From Candidatus Deferrimicrobiaceae bacterium (GTDB lineage: Bacteria > Desulfobacterota > Deferrimicrobia > Deferrimicrobiales > Deferrimicrobiaceae), in contig DASUAN010000342.1 in the NCBI GenBank assembly GCA_035763765.1, positions 1 to 31,627 on the forward strand: DNA of 31,627 nucleotides. Direction: 5' to 3'. The position numbers and the translations under genes are program-made. Under the pieces are notes generated by a model. The model did not search any database, was not told where the DNA came from, and saw only the letters and a list, made by a program, of their open reading frames with translations. Position 1 is the first letter of the stretch, and each line of letters starts with the position of its first letter. Below, piece after piece: positions 7,231 through 16,474 of this stretch.

Positions 7231-7668
7231 CTACCTCCCCTTCGAGGCCTCCCCCCGAAGGACCTGGCAGGTGGAGGAGGCGCGGGCGACCGGCCTCCCG
7301 TCGCTGTTTTCGATGTCGCACTCCACCAACCCGACCGTCCTTCCCCGGTGCACCACCCGCGCGGTCGCCGTCAGTTTCCCCTCGAACACGGGGCGCAGGA
7401 AGTTGATCTTGAGCTCCAGGGTGGTAAACGACTCCCCCGGCCCGAGGGTGGAGGCGAAGGCGAACCCCATGGCCGCGTCCGCGAGGTCGCACAGGATCCC
7501 GCCGTGAACCGTCCCCATCGGATTGTGGTGTCGCCTGCCCGCCTCCATCTCGAAGACGGCTTTCCCCTCGCCGAAGGATACCGGAAACGCCCCCACCAGC
7601 TCGGCGACCGGGGCCTTCCACGAACCCTTTGCCAACCGGTCGGAAAACGGATCCTCCATCTCCCGCAC
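7231..7668 (-). CDS. PaaI family (hotdog-fold) thioesterase
   Basis: HHNPMGTVHGGILCDLADAAMG and TTLELKINFLRPV motifs. Confidence 0.92.
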   Translation of the reverse strand: MREMEDPFSDRLAKGSWKAPVAELVGAFPVSFGEGKAVFEMEAGRRHHNPMGTVHGGILCDLADAAMGFAFASTLGPGESFTTLELKINFLRPVFEGKLTATARVVHRGRTVGLVECDIENSDGRPVARASSTCQVLRGEASKGR

Positions 7669-7683
7669 CCCCCTTTCCTGCCC

Positions 7684-8688
7684 CTACCGGGACCGGTCGA
7701 GAAGCGACGTCCCGAAGAGGAGCCAAAGATAATCCTCCTGGCGGCGGATGTAGCGTTTCGCGCCGCCCGCCATGTTCTCCCCGGCGAGCTTCCCCTGCTT
7801 GATCGCGCTGCGCCAGCCGAAATTGATCCGGACCTCGCGGGTCTTTTCGTCGACCAGCTCCGCACAGTCCCCCGCCGCGAAGATCCCCGGAACGTTGGTC
7901 CGCAGGTGGTCGTCCACGACGATCCCGGTGCCGACCTTCACCCCGCTTCCTTTGAGGAAATCGACCGCGGGAAGCCGCTCGGTGGCCGCCACGACCATCG
8001 AGCACCGGATATCCAATCCCCCCAGGTCGCGGACCTCGAAGACGCCTTGGTCGACCTCCCGGAGGGAGGCGATGTCGTTTCCCTCGAGAATCCGGACCCC
8101 CAGGTGGCGTACCCGGTCGAGGACGGTCGCCTCGAACTCTCCGGAAATCGGGTAGCCGAACCGGGGGAGGTCCGGCCGGATCCAGATCACCCTTCTCCCC
8201 AGCTTCGCGATCGCCCGGCACGCCTCGATCGCCACGTATCCGGGGCCGTAGACGATCACCGGACCGGGGCTTTTCGCCCGATCCCGGATCGTTTTCGCGT
8301 CGGCCAGGGAATCGAACGGAACGACCGTCTTCGGGTGCCGGTCGAGCGGGGCCGGAAGCACCGGCTTCCCCCCCGTGGCGATCAGCAGGAAGTCGTACGA
8401 CTCCTCCGTCCCGTTGTCGAAGAGGACGCGGCTTCCTCCCCCGTACACGCTCTTGGCCCGCTTCCCCCGCCGCACCTCGATTCCCAGGGCACCGAGGTTC
8501 GCTCCCTGGGGGTCCGCCAAGGCGGTCGGGTCGGTGATCCCCGCGAGGAAATCCGGCAGGAGCGGCCTCAGGTAGGGAGGATCCGCTTCCTCGGTGGCGA
8601 GGATGACGGATCCCCCCTTCTCCTTCTTGCGGATGGCCTTCGCGGCGGCGATCCCTGCCGGTCCGCCCCCCAGGATCAGGTAGCGCAT
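7684..8688 (-). CDS. FAD-dependent pyridine nucleotide-disulfide oxidoreductase family protein (rubredoxin/ferredoxin-reductase or NirB N-terminal-like)
   Basis: N-terminal LILGGGPAGIAAA FAD motif, LLIATGGKP, GIVVDDHLRTNVPGIFAAGDCAE; second dinucleotide motif atypical (GPGYVA). Confidence 0.85.
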   Translation of the reverse strand: MRYLILGGGPAGIAAAKAIRKKEKGGSVILATEEADPPYLRPLLPDFLAGITDPTALADPQGANLGALGIEVRRGKRAKSVYGGGSRVLFDNGTEESYDFLLIATGGKPVLPAPLDRHPKTVVPFDSLADAKTIRDRAKSPGPVIVYGPGYVAIEACRAIAKLGRRVIWIRPDLPRFGYPISGEFEATVLDRVRHLGVRILEGNDIASLREVDQGVFEVRDLGGLDIRCSMVVAATERLPAVDFLKGSGVKVGTGIVVDDHLRTNVPGIFAAGDCAELVDEKTREVRINFGWRSAIKQGKLAGENMAGGAKRYIRRQEDYLWLLFGTSLLDRSR

Positions 8689-8703
8689 CGGTTCCCCCCT
8701 CGT

Positions 8704-9084
8704 TCAAGCGGGTAGTTCGAAGTCCCCCCGGGCGATCCTTGCCGCCATGTCGCCGTGGTCGGCTTCCGTGGGCGGCGGGGAGACGACGTGGAGGACGACC
8801 AGGTCGGTCTTCGCCTTCACCCCGCGCGCCATCTTTCGCGGGATGACGAGAAGATCCCCTTCCTTGACGTGGCGGCGCTTCTCCCCCGCCACGACCTCCC
8901 CCTCGCCGGACAGGATGTAGAGGACCACGTGGACGTCGGGCTTGTGGACGGGGATGAACTGGCCGGCCCGGAAGGCCGCCTGGAGGACCTTCATCTCGGG
9001 GCTCTCGAACAACGGCTTCGCCGCAAACCGGGCCGGGTCGAACTCCACCTTCTCCTTGGGTCGGGCAAACACGGGCGCACTCAT
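8704..9084 (-). CDS. Cupin domain protein
   Basis: GQFIPVHKPDVHVVLYILSGEG and GDLLVIP cupin motifs. Confidence 0.8.
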   Translation of the reverse strand: MSAPVFARPKEKVEFDPARFAAKPLFESPEMKVLQAAFRAGQFIPVHKPDVHVVLYILSGEGEVVAGEKRRHVKEGDLLVIPRKMARGVKAKTDLVVLHVVSPPPTEADHGDMAARIARGDFELPA

Positions 9085-9133
9085 CGTCCGTTCCTCCTTT
9101 TCGAAGCCTTCCCTGCGTCCCCCCGGGTTCCCG

Positions 9134-10213
9134 TCACAGCCACTTCTTTCTTCGATAGTAGTAGAGCAATCCCCCCGCCGTCGCCCCCATCACGATCAGG
9201 ACGAGGGGGTACCCGTACCGCCAGGTGAGCTCCGGCATGTTGAACGGAGAGGCCTGGTGGTCGAAGTTCATCCCGTACAGGCCTGCGATGAAGGAGAGGG
9301 GGATGAAGATCGTCGCCATCATCGTGAGGACCTTCATCGTCTCGTTCATCCGGTTGGACACCGCCGAGAGGTACTCGTCGACCAGGCCTCCCGCCATCTC
9401 CCGGTACGTCTCCACCATGTCCATGACCTGGATCGAATGGTCGTAGCAGTCCCGCAGGAACACCTTCGTCTCCGCCTGGATCAGCGGGGTCTCCTCCCGG
9501 ATCAGATCGTTCATGGCGTCGCGGGCCGGCCACACGGCGCGACGCACCTCGAGCAGCTTTCGTTTCGTCTCCCGGATTCCCCGCAGCGTCTCCGGCACGG
9601 GGTGCGCCATCACCCGCTCCTCGAGCTCTTCCACCATGTCGCCGAGTTTCTCCAGGCTCGGGAAGAAGGCGTCGATGACCGCGTCGCAGAGAGCGTAGGC
9701 GAGGTAATCCGCGCCCAGGGAGCGGATCCTTCCCTTTCCGTGCCGGATTCGGTCCCGGAGGGGATCGAAGGGATCGCCGGGCCGCTCCTGGAACGTCACC
9801 ACGAGCCGGTCGGCCAGGAACAGGCTGAACTGTTCCGGCTCCTGAGGGTACTGGATCTCCCGCAGGATGAGGAGAAGGTGCCCCGGGTACCGCTCCACCT
9901 TCGGGCGCTGGGGGATGTTCAGCACGTCCTCGAGAGCCAGCGGATGGAACCCGAACCGATCTCCGATCGCCTTCACGATCCCGGGGTCGGAAAGCCCCCA
10001 GATGTCGAGCCAGAGGACGCCGTTTTCCGGAACGACAAGGGAGGGGATCTCCTCCGGGCGCACGGATCGCTCTTCGCACGCCTCCGGCGTGTAGGAGAAG
10101 AGGTGGATCTGCGCCGGCTCGGTCCCCGCCTCGACGTGGGCCACCAGCGTTCCCGGCAGCGTCCCGGGAAGGTGCGACCGCTTGATCCGATTTCTCGACT
10201 TCTTCCGTGCCAT
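9134..10213 (-). CDS. corA: Magnesium/cobalt transporter CorA
   Basis: GFHPLALEDVLNIPQRPKVE, RMNETMKVLT and GLYGMNF signature; start placed at ATG 10213 (MARKKSR) because the longer ORF overlaps the divergent M48 gene and its promoter. Confidence 0.93.
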   Translation of the reverse strand: MARKKSRNRIKRSHLPGTLPGTLVAHVEAGTEPAQIHLFSYTPEACEERSVRPEEIPSLVVPENGVLWLDIWGLSDPGIVKAIGDRFGFHPLALEDVLNIPQRPKVERYPGHLLLILREIQYPQEPEQFSLFLADRLVVTFQERPGDPFDPLRDRIRHGKGRIRSLGADYLAYALCDAVIDAFFPSLEKLGDMVEELEERVMAHPVPETLRGIRETKRKLLEVRRAVWPARDAMNDLIREETPLIQAETKVFLRDCYDHSIQVMDMVETYREMAGGLVDEYLSAVSNRMNETMKVLTMMATIFIPLSFIAGLYGMNFDHQASPFNMPELTWRYGYPLVLIVMGATAGGLLYYYRRKKWL

Positions 10214-10291
10214 CGGGTCCTTCCTTGGCGTAATTTCCCTCGTTTCCTTTATATCAGAGGCGACGGGATCGTCCAACGCGCCTTGCCCCGG

Positions 10292-10321
10292 TTGCCGGGG
10301 GGAACCTCCCCGTGAAATAAT
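10292..10321 (+). promoter_or_regulatory. Candidate sigma70 promoter for the M48 protease gene
   Basis: TTGCCG (10292-10297), 18-nt spacer, extended -10 TG-A-AATAAT (10313-10321). Confidence 0.45.
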
Positions 10322-10367
10322 GGGGAAAGTCCGAATATCGAACGTTTTCGGTTTCAGGAGGTGCGGG

Positions 10368-11615
10368 ATGGTCCATCGACCGCTGCGGGGCATCGCCCTT
10401 TCGCTGTCCGCGTTCGCCGCGCTGGCCCTCGCGGTGTACGCCTGCGCCGTCAACCCCGTTACGGGAAAATCCGAACTCGCCCTCGTCTCCTTCACGCAGG
10501 AGGAGGAGGTCTCCCTGGGGGCGAAGGCCTACGGGCCGGCCGTACAGCAGCAGGGGGGGTTCTACCGGGACGGCGCGCTCGAGGCGTACGTGCAGGGCGT
10601 CGGGGTGCGGCTTGCCCGGGTGTCCCACCGCCCCGACCTTTCCTACCGGTACCGGGTCCTGAACTCCTCGGTCCCGAACGCCTTCGCGCTCCCGGGCGGG
10701 TTCATCGTCATCAACCGGGGGCTGCTCGTCGGACTCAAAAGCGAGGCGGAGATGGCGGCGGTGCTCGGCCACGAAACCGGCCACGTCACCGCGAAGCATT
10801 CCCTGGCGGGGTACCAGCGGGCCATCGCGGCCAACGTGCTCCTCGCGGGGATCTCGATCGCTGCCGGGGACCGTGCCGGGATCATGCAGATCTCCGGGAT
10901 CACCGCGTCGCTCATCAACAACGGCTTCTCGCGGGATCAGGAGCGCGAGGCCGACTGGCTGGGGATCGACTACATGGTCAAGGCGGGCTACAACCCCGAA
11001 GGGGCCGTGCGGCTGCAGGAATATTTCTACTCGGAGCTCGAGGGAGGACGGAATCCCCTCTTCGTGGAGGGGCTCTTCCGCACCCACCCGTTCTCCGCGG
11101 AGCGGCTCGCCAACGCGCGGGCCTACATCGCGCAGCGGTACCCGAACACCGTGAGGAACCCGAACTACACGTTCAACGAGACGACTTTTCTCCGCAACAC
11201 CGCAAGGCTCAAGGAGGTCCAGAAGGCGTACGACCTGGCCGACGAGGGGGACAAGCTGCGGAAGGAGAAACGGCACGGAGAGGCACTCGCCAAGTACGAA
11301 GCGGCGGCCGCCCGGGAGCCGGACCAGTCGCCGTTTTTCTCCAGCATCGGGCACGTGCACCTGATCCGGAAGAATTACGCCTCCGCGGAGACCGCCCTCC
11401 GGAGGGCGATCCGCCTGGACGACGAATTCTTCGAGCCGCATCTCCTGCTGGGAGCGCTTCACCATCAGAAAAACGAGCACCGGGCGGCGATCCCGGAGCT
11501 GTCTCGGAGCATGGACCTGCTTCCGACCAAGGAGGCGGCTTCCCTGCTGTCGAAGTCGTACGAGGCGATCGGGGACCGGGAGAACGCGCGGAAGTACGCC
11601 GAAATGGCGAAGTAG
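10368..11615 (+). CDS. M48 family zinc metalloprotease lipoprotein with C-terminal TPR repeats (BepA/YfgC-like)
   Basis: SD CAGGAGG at 10355-10361; lipobox-like VYAC followed by AVNPVTG; PNAFALPGG, HETGH, FSRDQEREAD, THP; helical TPR-like C-terminus. Confidence 0.9.
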   Translation: MVHRPLRGIALSLSAFAALALAVYACAVNPVTGKSELALVSFTQEEEVSLGAKAYGPAVQQQGGFYRDGALEAYVQGVGVRLARVSHRPDLSYRYRVLNSSVPNAFALPGGFIVINRGLLVGLKSEAEMAAVLGHETGHVTAKHSLAGYQRAIAANVLLAGISIAAGDRAGIMQISGITASLINNGFSRDQEREADWLGIDYMVKAGYNPEGAVRLQEYFYSELEGGRNPLFVEGLFRTHPFSAERLANARAYIAQRYPNTVRNPNYTFNETTFLRNTARLKEVQKAYDLADEGDKLRKEKRHGEALAKYEAAAAREPDQSPFFSSIGHVHLIRKNYASAETALRRAIRLDDEFFEPHLLLGALHHQKNEHRAAIPELSRSMDLLPTKEAASLLSKSYEAIGDRENARKYAEMAK

Positions 11616-11668
11616 GCCCCATCGGCCGAAAAACCCGGGAATCCGGTGTCCTTCGGCCCCGCCTGGTT

Positions 11669-11674
11669 TATAAT
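11669..11674 (+). promoter_or_regulatory. Perfect -10 hexamer upstream of the heme cluster
   Basis: TATAAT at 11669-11674 in an AT-rich patch ~65 nt before ATG 11740; no convincing -35. Confidence 0.4.
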
Positions 11675-11739
11675 TTGAAGATTGGGCATTTCCGGGAAGG
11701 CCGGTTGCCGCCGCGAACCGGAAGAGGGAAGGAAAGCAG

Positions 11740-12858
11740 ATGGCCAAGGAAGAGTTCATCCCGAAATGGATCGCCTGGGAGGTGACCGGGCGCTGCAACT
11801 TGAGCTGCATCCACTGCCGGGCCTCCTCCTCCATGACGTCCCACGACACCGATTTCACGACGGAGGATGCGAAGAAGCTCATCGACGACATCACCTCCTT
11901 CTGCAGCCCGGTTCTCGTCCTCTCCGGGGGGGAGCCGCTGCTGCGCCGGGACCTCTTCGAGATCGCGAAGTACGGGACCGACAAGGGGCTGAGGATGTGC
12001 CTCGCCACGAACGGGACGCTCGTGACCGACGCGGTCTGCGAGCAGATGAAGGAGAGCGGGATCAAGATCGTCTCCCTCTCCCTCGACGGCTCCACCGCGG
12101 CCGTGCACGACGACTTCCGGCAGCAGCCGGGCGCGTTCGAGGCCGTGCTGCGCGCGGCCGAGACGTTCCACCGGAACGGCATCAAGTTCATCGTCAACTC
12201 CTCCTTCGCCAAGCGGAACCAGCACGACATCGCGGAAACGTACCGGCTCGCCAAGAAGATCGGCGCCCACGCCTGGTACATGTTCATGATCGTCCCCACC
12301 GGGCGGGGGGAGGAGATCATGGACGAGCTGATCAGCAAGGAGGACTACGAGGAGATCCTTGCGTGGCACTACCAGATGGAGAAGAACGAGACCGAGATGC
12401 TCGTGCGTCCCACCTGCGCCCCCCATTACTACCGGGTCCGGCTCCAGAAAGCCAAGGAGGAGGGGATCAAGATCCAGCCGAGGACGCTCTCCTTCTCCAC
12501 GGGCGGCGGGAAGGGGTGCATCTGCGCGCAGACGATCGCCTTCATCGACTCGAAGGGGAACGTCCAGCCGTGCTCCTATTTCCCCGTCGTGGCGGGGAAC
12601 GTGAAGAAGCAGCCGTTCGAGGAGATCTGGTATCGCTCCGAGCTGTTCGAGTCGCTCCGGGCGTTCGAGAAGTACAAGGGCCGGTGCGGCGAGTGCGAAT
12701 ACTTAAACATCTGCGGCGGGTGCCGCGCCCGGGCCGACGCCGTCCTCGAGGACTATCTCGAGGAGGAGCCGTTCTGCGACTACGTCCCGATCCGCACGAA
12801 ACGGCGGCTGGCGGAAGCGGTCGCGACGGGGAAATCCGCGGCGGCCAAGAACAAGTGA
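11740..12858 (+). CDS. ahbD: Radical SAM/SPASM protein of the NirJ/AhbC/AhbD family, most like heme b synthase AhbD
   Basis: [18 protein letters not shown] (CxxxCxHC), [21 protein letters not shown] cysteines (GCICA..., [23 protein letters not shown]); directly upstream of hemE-hemH-hemY. The symbol is tentative (AhbC vs AhbD needs an HMM/tree). Confidence 0.65.
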   Translation: MAKEEFIPKWIAWEVTGRCNLSCIHCRASSSMTSHDTDFTTEDAKKLIDDITSFCSPVLVLSGGEPLLRRDLFEIAKYGTDKGLRMCLATNGTLVTDAVCEQMKESGIKIVSLSLDGSTAAVHDDFRQQPGAFEAVLRAAETFHRNGIKFIVNSSFAKRNQHDIAETYRLAKKIGAHAWYMFMIVPTGRGEEIMDELISKEDYEEILAWHYQMEKNETEMLVRPTCAPHYYRVRLQKAKEEGIKIQPRTLSFSTGGGKGCICAQTIAFIDSKGNVQPCSYFPVVAGNVKKQPFEEIWYRSELFESLRAFEKYKGRCGECEYLNICGGCRARADAVLEDYLEEEPFCDYVPIRTKRRLAEAVATGKSAAAKNK

Positions 12859-12901
12859 CCCAGGAACGGGGACGTTTTCTACGAAGCGCAGGAGAGGCGG
12901 G

Positions 12902-13936
12902 ATGGCGGATTACCGATTCCTGAGGGCGTGCCGGCGCGAGCCGGTCGACGTGACCCCGGTCTGGATCATGCGCCAGGCGGGACGATACCTGCCGGAATAC
13001 CAGAAGGTCCGGGGGAAGACCTCCTTTCTCACCTTGTGCAAGACCCCGGAACTGGCGGCGGAGGTGACGATCCAGCCGGTCGAGCGGCTCGGGGTGGACG
13101 CCGCGATCCTGTTCTCCGACATCCTGATCCCGGTCGAGGCGATGGGGGTCCCCCTCGTGTTCCACGACGGAAAGGGCCCGATCCTCGGGAAGGAGATCCG
13201 GGGCCAGGCCGACGTCGATGCGCTCGCCGTGCCCGACCCCGCAGAGAAGGTCCCCTTCGTGATGGAAACGATCCGGGTCCTGCGCAAGGCGTTCGAGGGG
13301 AAGGTCCCGCTCATCGGGTTCTCCGGGCTTCCCTTCACCCTCGCCTCCTACATCGTGGAGCAGGGAACCTCCCGCAACTTCATCAAGCTCAAGACGCTCA
13401 TGTACCAGGCCCCGGACGTCTTCCGATCGCTCATGAAGAAGATCGCGAGGACGGTCATCCTCTACCTCAACGCCCAGATCGAGGCCGGCGCGCAGGCGAT
13501 CCAGGTCTTCGACACCTGGGCGGGGATCCTCACCCCCGGCGACTACGAGAAGTACGTCCTCCCTTACACCCGCGAGGTGCTTGCGTCCCTGCGGCGCGAC
13601 GGGGTTCCGGTCATCCACTACGCCAACGATTGCGCGACGCTCCTTCCCGCCATCCGGACCCTCCCCGTCGACGTCATCGCGGTCGACTGGCGGATCCCGC
13701 TCGACCAGGCCGCGGCCGCGGTGGGGGACACCGTGGCGCTCCAGGGGAACCTGGATCCCACGATGCTCTTCCTCCCGCCCGGGCAGATCGAGGAGTGCGT
13801 GCGGGACGTCCTCCGCCTGGGGCAGTCCGCCGCCGCCCACATCTTCAACCTCGGGCACGGCATCCTCCCTCCGACGAATCCCGAGCACGCGGTCGCCATG
13901 GTGGAGGCGGTCCACCGGCTCGGAAGGAAGGGGTGA
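12902..13936 (+). CDS. hemE: Uroporphyrinogen decarboxylase
   Basis: PVWIMRQAGRYLPEY, AAILFSDIL, QVFDTWAG, LQGNLDP, HIFNLGHGI. Confidence 0.97.
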   Translation: MADYRFLRACRREPVDVTPVWIMRQAGRYLPEYQKVRGKTSFLTLCKTPELAAEVTIQPVERLGVDAAILFSDILIPVEAMGVPLVFHDGKGPILGKEIRGQADVDALAVPDPAEKVPFVMETIRVLRKAFEGKVPLIGFSGLPFTLASYIVEQGTSRNFIKLKTLMYQAPDVFRSLMKKIARTVILYLNAQIEAGAQAIQVFDTWAGILTPGDYEKYVLPYTREVLASLRRDGVPVIHYANDCATLLPAIRTLPVDVIAVDWRIPLDQAAAAVGDTVALQGNLDPTMLFLPPGQIEECVRDVLRLGQSAAAHIFNLGHGILPPTNPEHAVAMVEAVHRLGRKG

Positions 13937-14955
13937 GCATCCCGCAAAAGGGGGCGCCCTTGCCCTCATCCCCGCCGCTCACGGGGGTCGTCCTGCTCAA
14001 CATGGGGGGACCGGACTCGCTTTCCGCCATCCGGCCGTTCCTGGCCCGGCTCTTCTCCGACCGGGAGATGATCCGCCTTCCCCTCGCGCCTCTCACGCAG
14101 CCGCTCTTCGCCTGGATCGTCTCGGGGGTGCGCACCCGGAAAGTCAAAAGATACTACGAGGAGATCGGCGGGGGCTCGCCGATCGGGAAGCTGACCGAGA
14201 ACCAGCGCGCCGCGCTCGAGGCGGCCCTTCGGGAAACCGGGGGAACCTTCCGCGTCTACGTGGGGATGCGATACTGGCACCCCCTCGCCAAGCACGCAGC
14301 CCTGGAAATGAAGGAAGAAGGCGTGTCCCGGGCGATCGCCCTCCCCCTCTATCCCCAATATTGCGCAGCCACCACCGGATCGAGCCTCTCCGATCTGCGG
14401 CGGTGGATCCGGTGGGCCGGAGCCTCCTTTCCGCTGGCCGAGGTGAAGTCGTGGCCCGACCACCCGGGGTACATCGCGGCGTTGGCGGAGACGATCGCGG
14501 AGACGATCCGGGGGGCCGGACCGGAAGGGACCCATCTTCTCTTCAGCGCCCACGGGATCCCGAAATCGTTCATCGACGAGGGCGACCCGTACCAGGCGGA
14601 GGTGGAGCGGACGGTCGCGGCGGTGATGGACGCCTTCCCGGGGTACCCCCACTCGATCTCCTACCAGAGCCGGGTGGGAAGGGTGGAATGGCTCAAGCCG
14701 GACACCGTGGAAGAAGTGGTCCGTCTCGGCCGGCAGGGAGTCGAAAGGCTCGTGGTCGTGCCGGTAAGTTTCGTGTCTGATCACATCGAGACGCTCCACG
14801 AGCTGGATATCCGGCTCCGTTCGACGGCGGGGGAAGCGGGGATCGCCACGTTCCTTCGGGTGCCGGCGCTGAACGACTCGCCCGCGTTCATCCGGGCGCT
14901 CAAGGAAATCGTATTGTCGGCCGTGGCGGAAGATCGGGGGAAGGAGAAGGCGTGA
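13933..14955 (+). CDS. hemH: Ferrochelatase
   Basis: GVVLLNMGGP, PLYPQY, LLFSAHGIP, YQSRVGRVEWLKP, SFVSDHIETLHELD; GTG start overlapping the hemE stop (GTGA). In the ORF track it is the C-terminal part of 12928..14955. Confidence 0.95.
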   Translation: MSIPQKGAPLPSSPPLTGVVLLNMGGPDSLSAIRPFLARLFSDREMIRLPLAPLTQPLFAWIVSGVRTRKVKRYYEEIGGGSPIGKLTENQRAALEAALRETGGTFRVYVGMRYWHPLAKHAALEMKEEGVSRAIALPLYPQYCAATTGSSLSDLRRWIRWAGASFPLAEVKSWPDHPGYIAALAETIAETIRGAGPEGTHLLFSAHGIPKSFIDEGDPYQAEVERTVAAVMDAFPGYPHSISYQSRVGRVEWLKPDTVEEVVRLGRQGVERLVVVPVSFVSDHIETLHELDIRLRSTAGEAGIATFLRVPALNDSPAFIRALKEIVLSAVAEDRGKEKA

Positions 14956-16349
14956 GGCGGATCGCCATCGTCGGGGCGGGGATCTCGGGGCTTTGCACGG
15001 CCCACTACCTCGTCCGCGAACTCTCGAAGTCCGGGAAATCGGCGGAGATCGTCCTCTTCGAGGCCGAGAAAAGTCCGGGAGGGAAGATGCGCACCCTCCG
15101 GGAAGGCGGCTTCCACATGGAGTGGGGCCCCAACGGCTTCCTCACCAACAAGCCCTACTCCCTCGAGCTCGTCAAGGAGCTGGGAATCGGGGACCGGCTC
15201 GCCCGGTCATCGGACCTCGCGCGGAAGCGGTTCATCTTCTCGGAGGGGAGGCTCCACCGGCTTCCCGAGACGCCCCAGACGTTCTTCCGGTCTCCCCTGC
15301 TCTCCCTGCGGGGGAGGCTGCGCATCGCCATGGAGCCTTTCGCCCCGGGCCCGCCCGCGGGGACGGACGAATCGCTCGGCGACTTCGCGCGCCGGCGTCT
15401 CGGCCCCGAGGCCCTGGAGAAGCTCATCGACCCGATGGTCACGGGAATCTTCGCCGGCGACCCGGACCGGATGTCGCTGCGCAGCTGCTTTCCCCTGATC
15501 TACGACCTGGAACGCAAGTACGGCGGGCTCGTGAAGGGGATGATTTCCCTCCAGCGGGAGCGCAGCAAATCCGGGGAGAAGCGGGAGATGTCGGCGGGAC
15601 CGGGGGGCGTCCTCATGTCCTTCGAAAACGGCGTGCAGGAGCTCACCGACATTTTGGCGGAGCGTCTCTCGGAGGGTCTCCACCTGGGGGTTTCGGTCGG
15701 CCGGATCACCCGCCGCGAAGGGAAGATCCTGCTCTCCCTCGAGGAAGACGGCCTCCGGGGGGAGATCGACACGGACGTGGCGGTCGTCTCTACGCCCGCC
15801 TACGCGGCCGCGGAGATCCTCGGCCCGGCGGACCCGGCGCTTCGCGAAGCCCTTTCTGCGATTCCCTACTCCCCGATCTCGGTCGTGGCGCTCGGATACG
15901 ACCAGGCGACGCTCGGCAATCCGCTCGACGGGTTCGGCTTCCTCATCCCGCGCGGGGAGAGACGCAGGATCCTCGGGGCGCTGTGGGACTCGAGCGTCTT
16001 CCCGAACCGGGCCCCGGAGGGGAAAGCCCTGATCCGGGCGATGGTGGGCGGCGTGCGCGGGCCGGAGCTTGCCGCGCTGCCTGGCGAGGAACTGATCGCC
16101 CTCGTGCGCTCCGAACTGTCGGTCACGATGGGGATCGCCGCGGAACCGGTCCTCTCGCGCGCCTTCTTCCACGAAAAGGGGATCCCGCAATACCCCGTGG
16201 GACACGGGAAGGTGCTCGAGCGGATCGGGGAGCGCCTCGCCGCCCACCCCGGCATCCACGTGAACAGCAACGCCTACCGTGGGATCGCCCTGAACGACTG
16301 CGTCCTGCAGTCCCGGCTCGCCGCCGAACGGATCGCGCGCGACCTGTAA
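14952..16349 (+). CDS. hemY: HemY-type FAD-dependent protoporphyrinogen/coproporphyrinogen oxidase
   Basis: IAIVGAGISGL, EWGPNGF, GIFAGDPDRMS, GFGFLIP, IPQYPVGH, GIALNDC; GTGA overlap with hemH. Confidence 0.93.
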   Translation: MRRIAIVGAGISGLCTAHYLVRELSKSGKSAEIVLFEAEKSPGGKMRTLREGGFHMEWGPNGFLTNKPYSLELVKELGIGDRLARSSDLARKRFIFSEGRLHRLPETPQTFFRSPLLSLRGRLRIAMEPFAPGPPAGTDESLGDFARRRLGPEALEKLIDPMVTGIFAGDPDRMSLRSCFPLIYDLERKYGGLVKGMISLQRERSKSGEKREMSAGPGGVLMSFENGVQELTDILAERLSEGLHLGVSVGRITRREGKILLSLEEDGLRGEIDTDVAVVSTPAYAAAEILGPADPALREALSAIPYSPISVVALGYDQATLGNPLDGFGFLIPRGERRRILGALWDSSVFPNRAPEGKALIRAMVGGVRGPELAALPGEELIALVRSELSVTMGIAAEPVLSRAFFHEKGIPQYPVGHGKVLERIGERLAAHPGIHVNSNAYRGIALNDCVLQSRLAAERIARDL

Positions 16350-16413
16350 CCCTTCCCCGGCGGAAATTTCGGAACGGAAACGCCCCTCTGATCCGGGAAG
16401 GGCAAGGACCGCG

Positions 16414-16442
16414 TGGACGGCACGCGCCGATCCCGGTATTCT
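16414..16442 (+). promoter_or_regulatory. sigma70-type promoter for the 4Fe-4S protein / yjbQ unit
   Basis: TGGACG (16414-16419), 17-nt spacer, TATTCT (16437-16442). Confidence 0.55.
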
Positions 16443-16474
16443 AGGGAGACTTCGTCGGGCAAGGAGAAGATCCG

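Noticed and set aside
10182-10495. Head-to-head overlap of corA and the M48 gene implied by the longest ORFs
   Set aside because: Better starts (10213 by homology-like N-terminus; 10368 with a strong SD and lipoprotein signal) leave a normal 154-nt divergent spacer
16350-16402. Long stem-loop after hemY (CCCTTCCC / GGGAAGGG)
   Set aside because: Large loop and no U-tract, so it is not supportable as an intrinsic terminator or ncRNA from sequence alone
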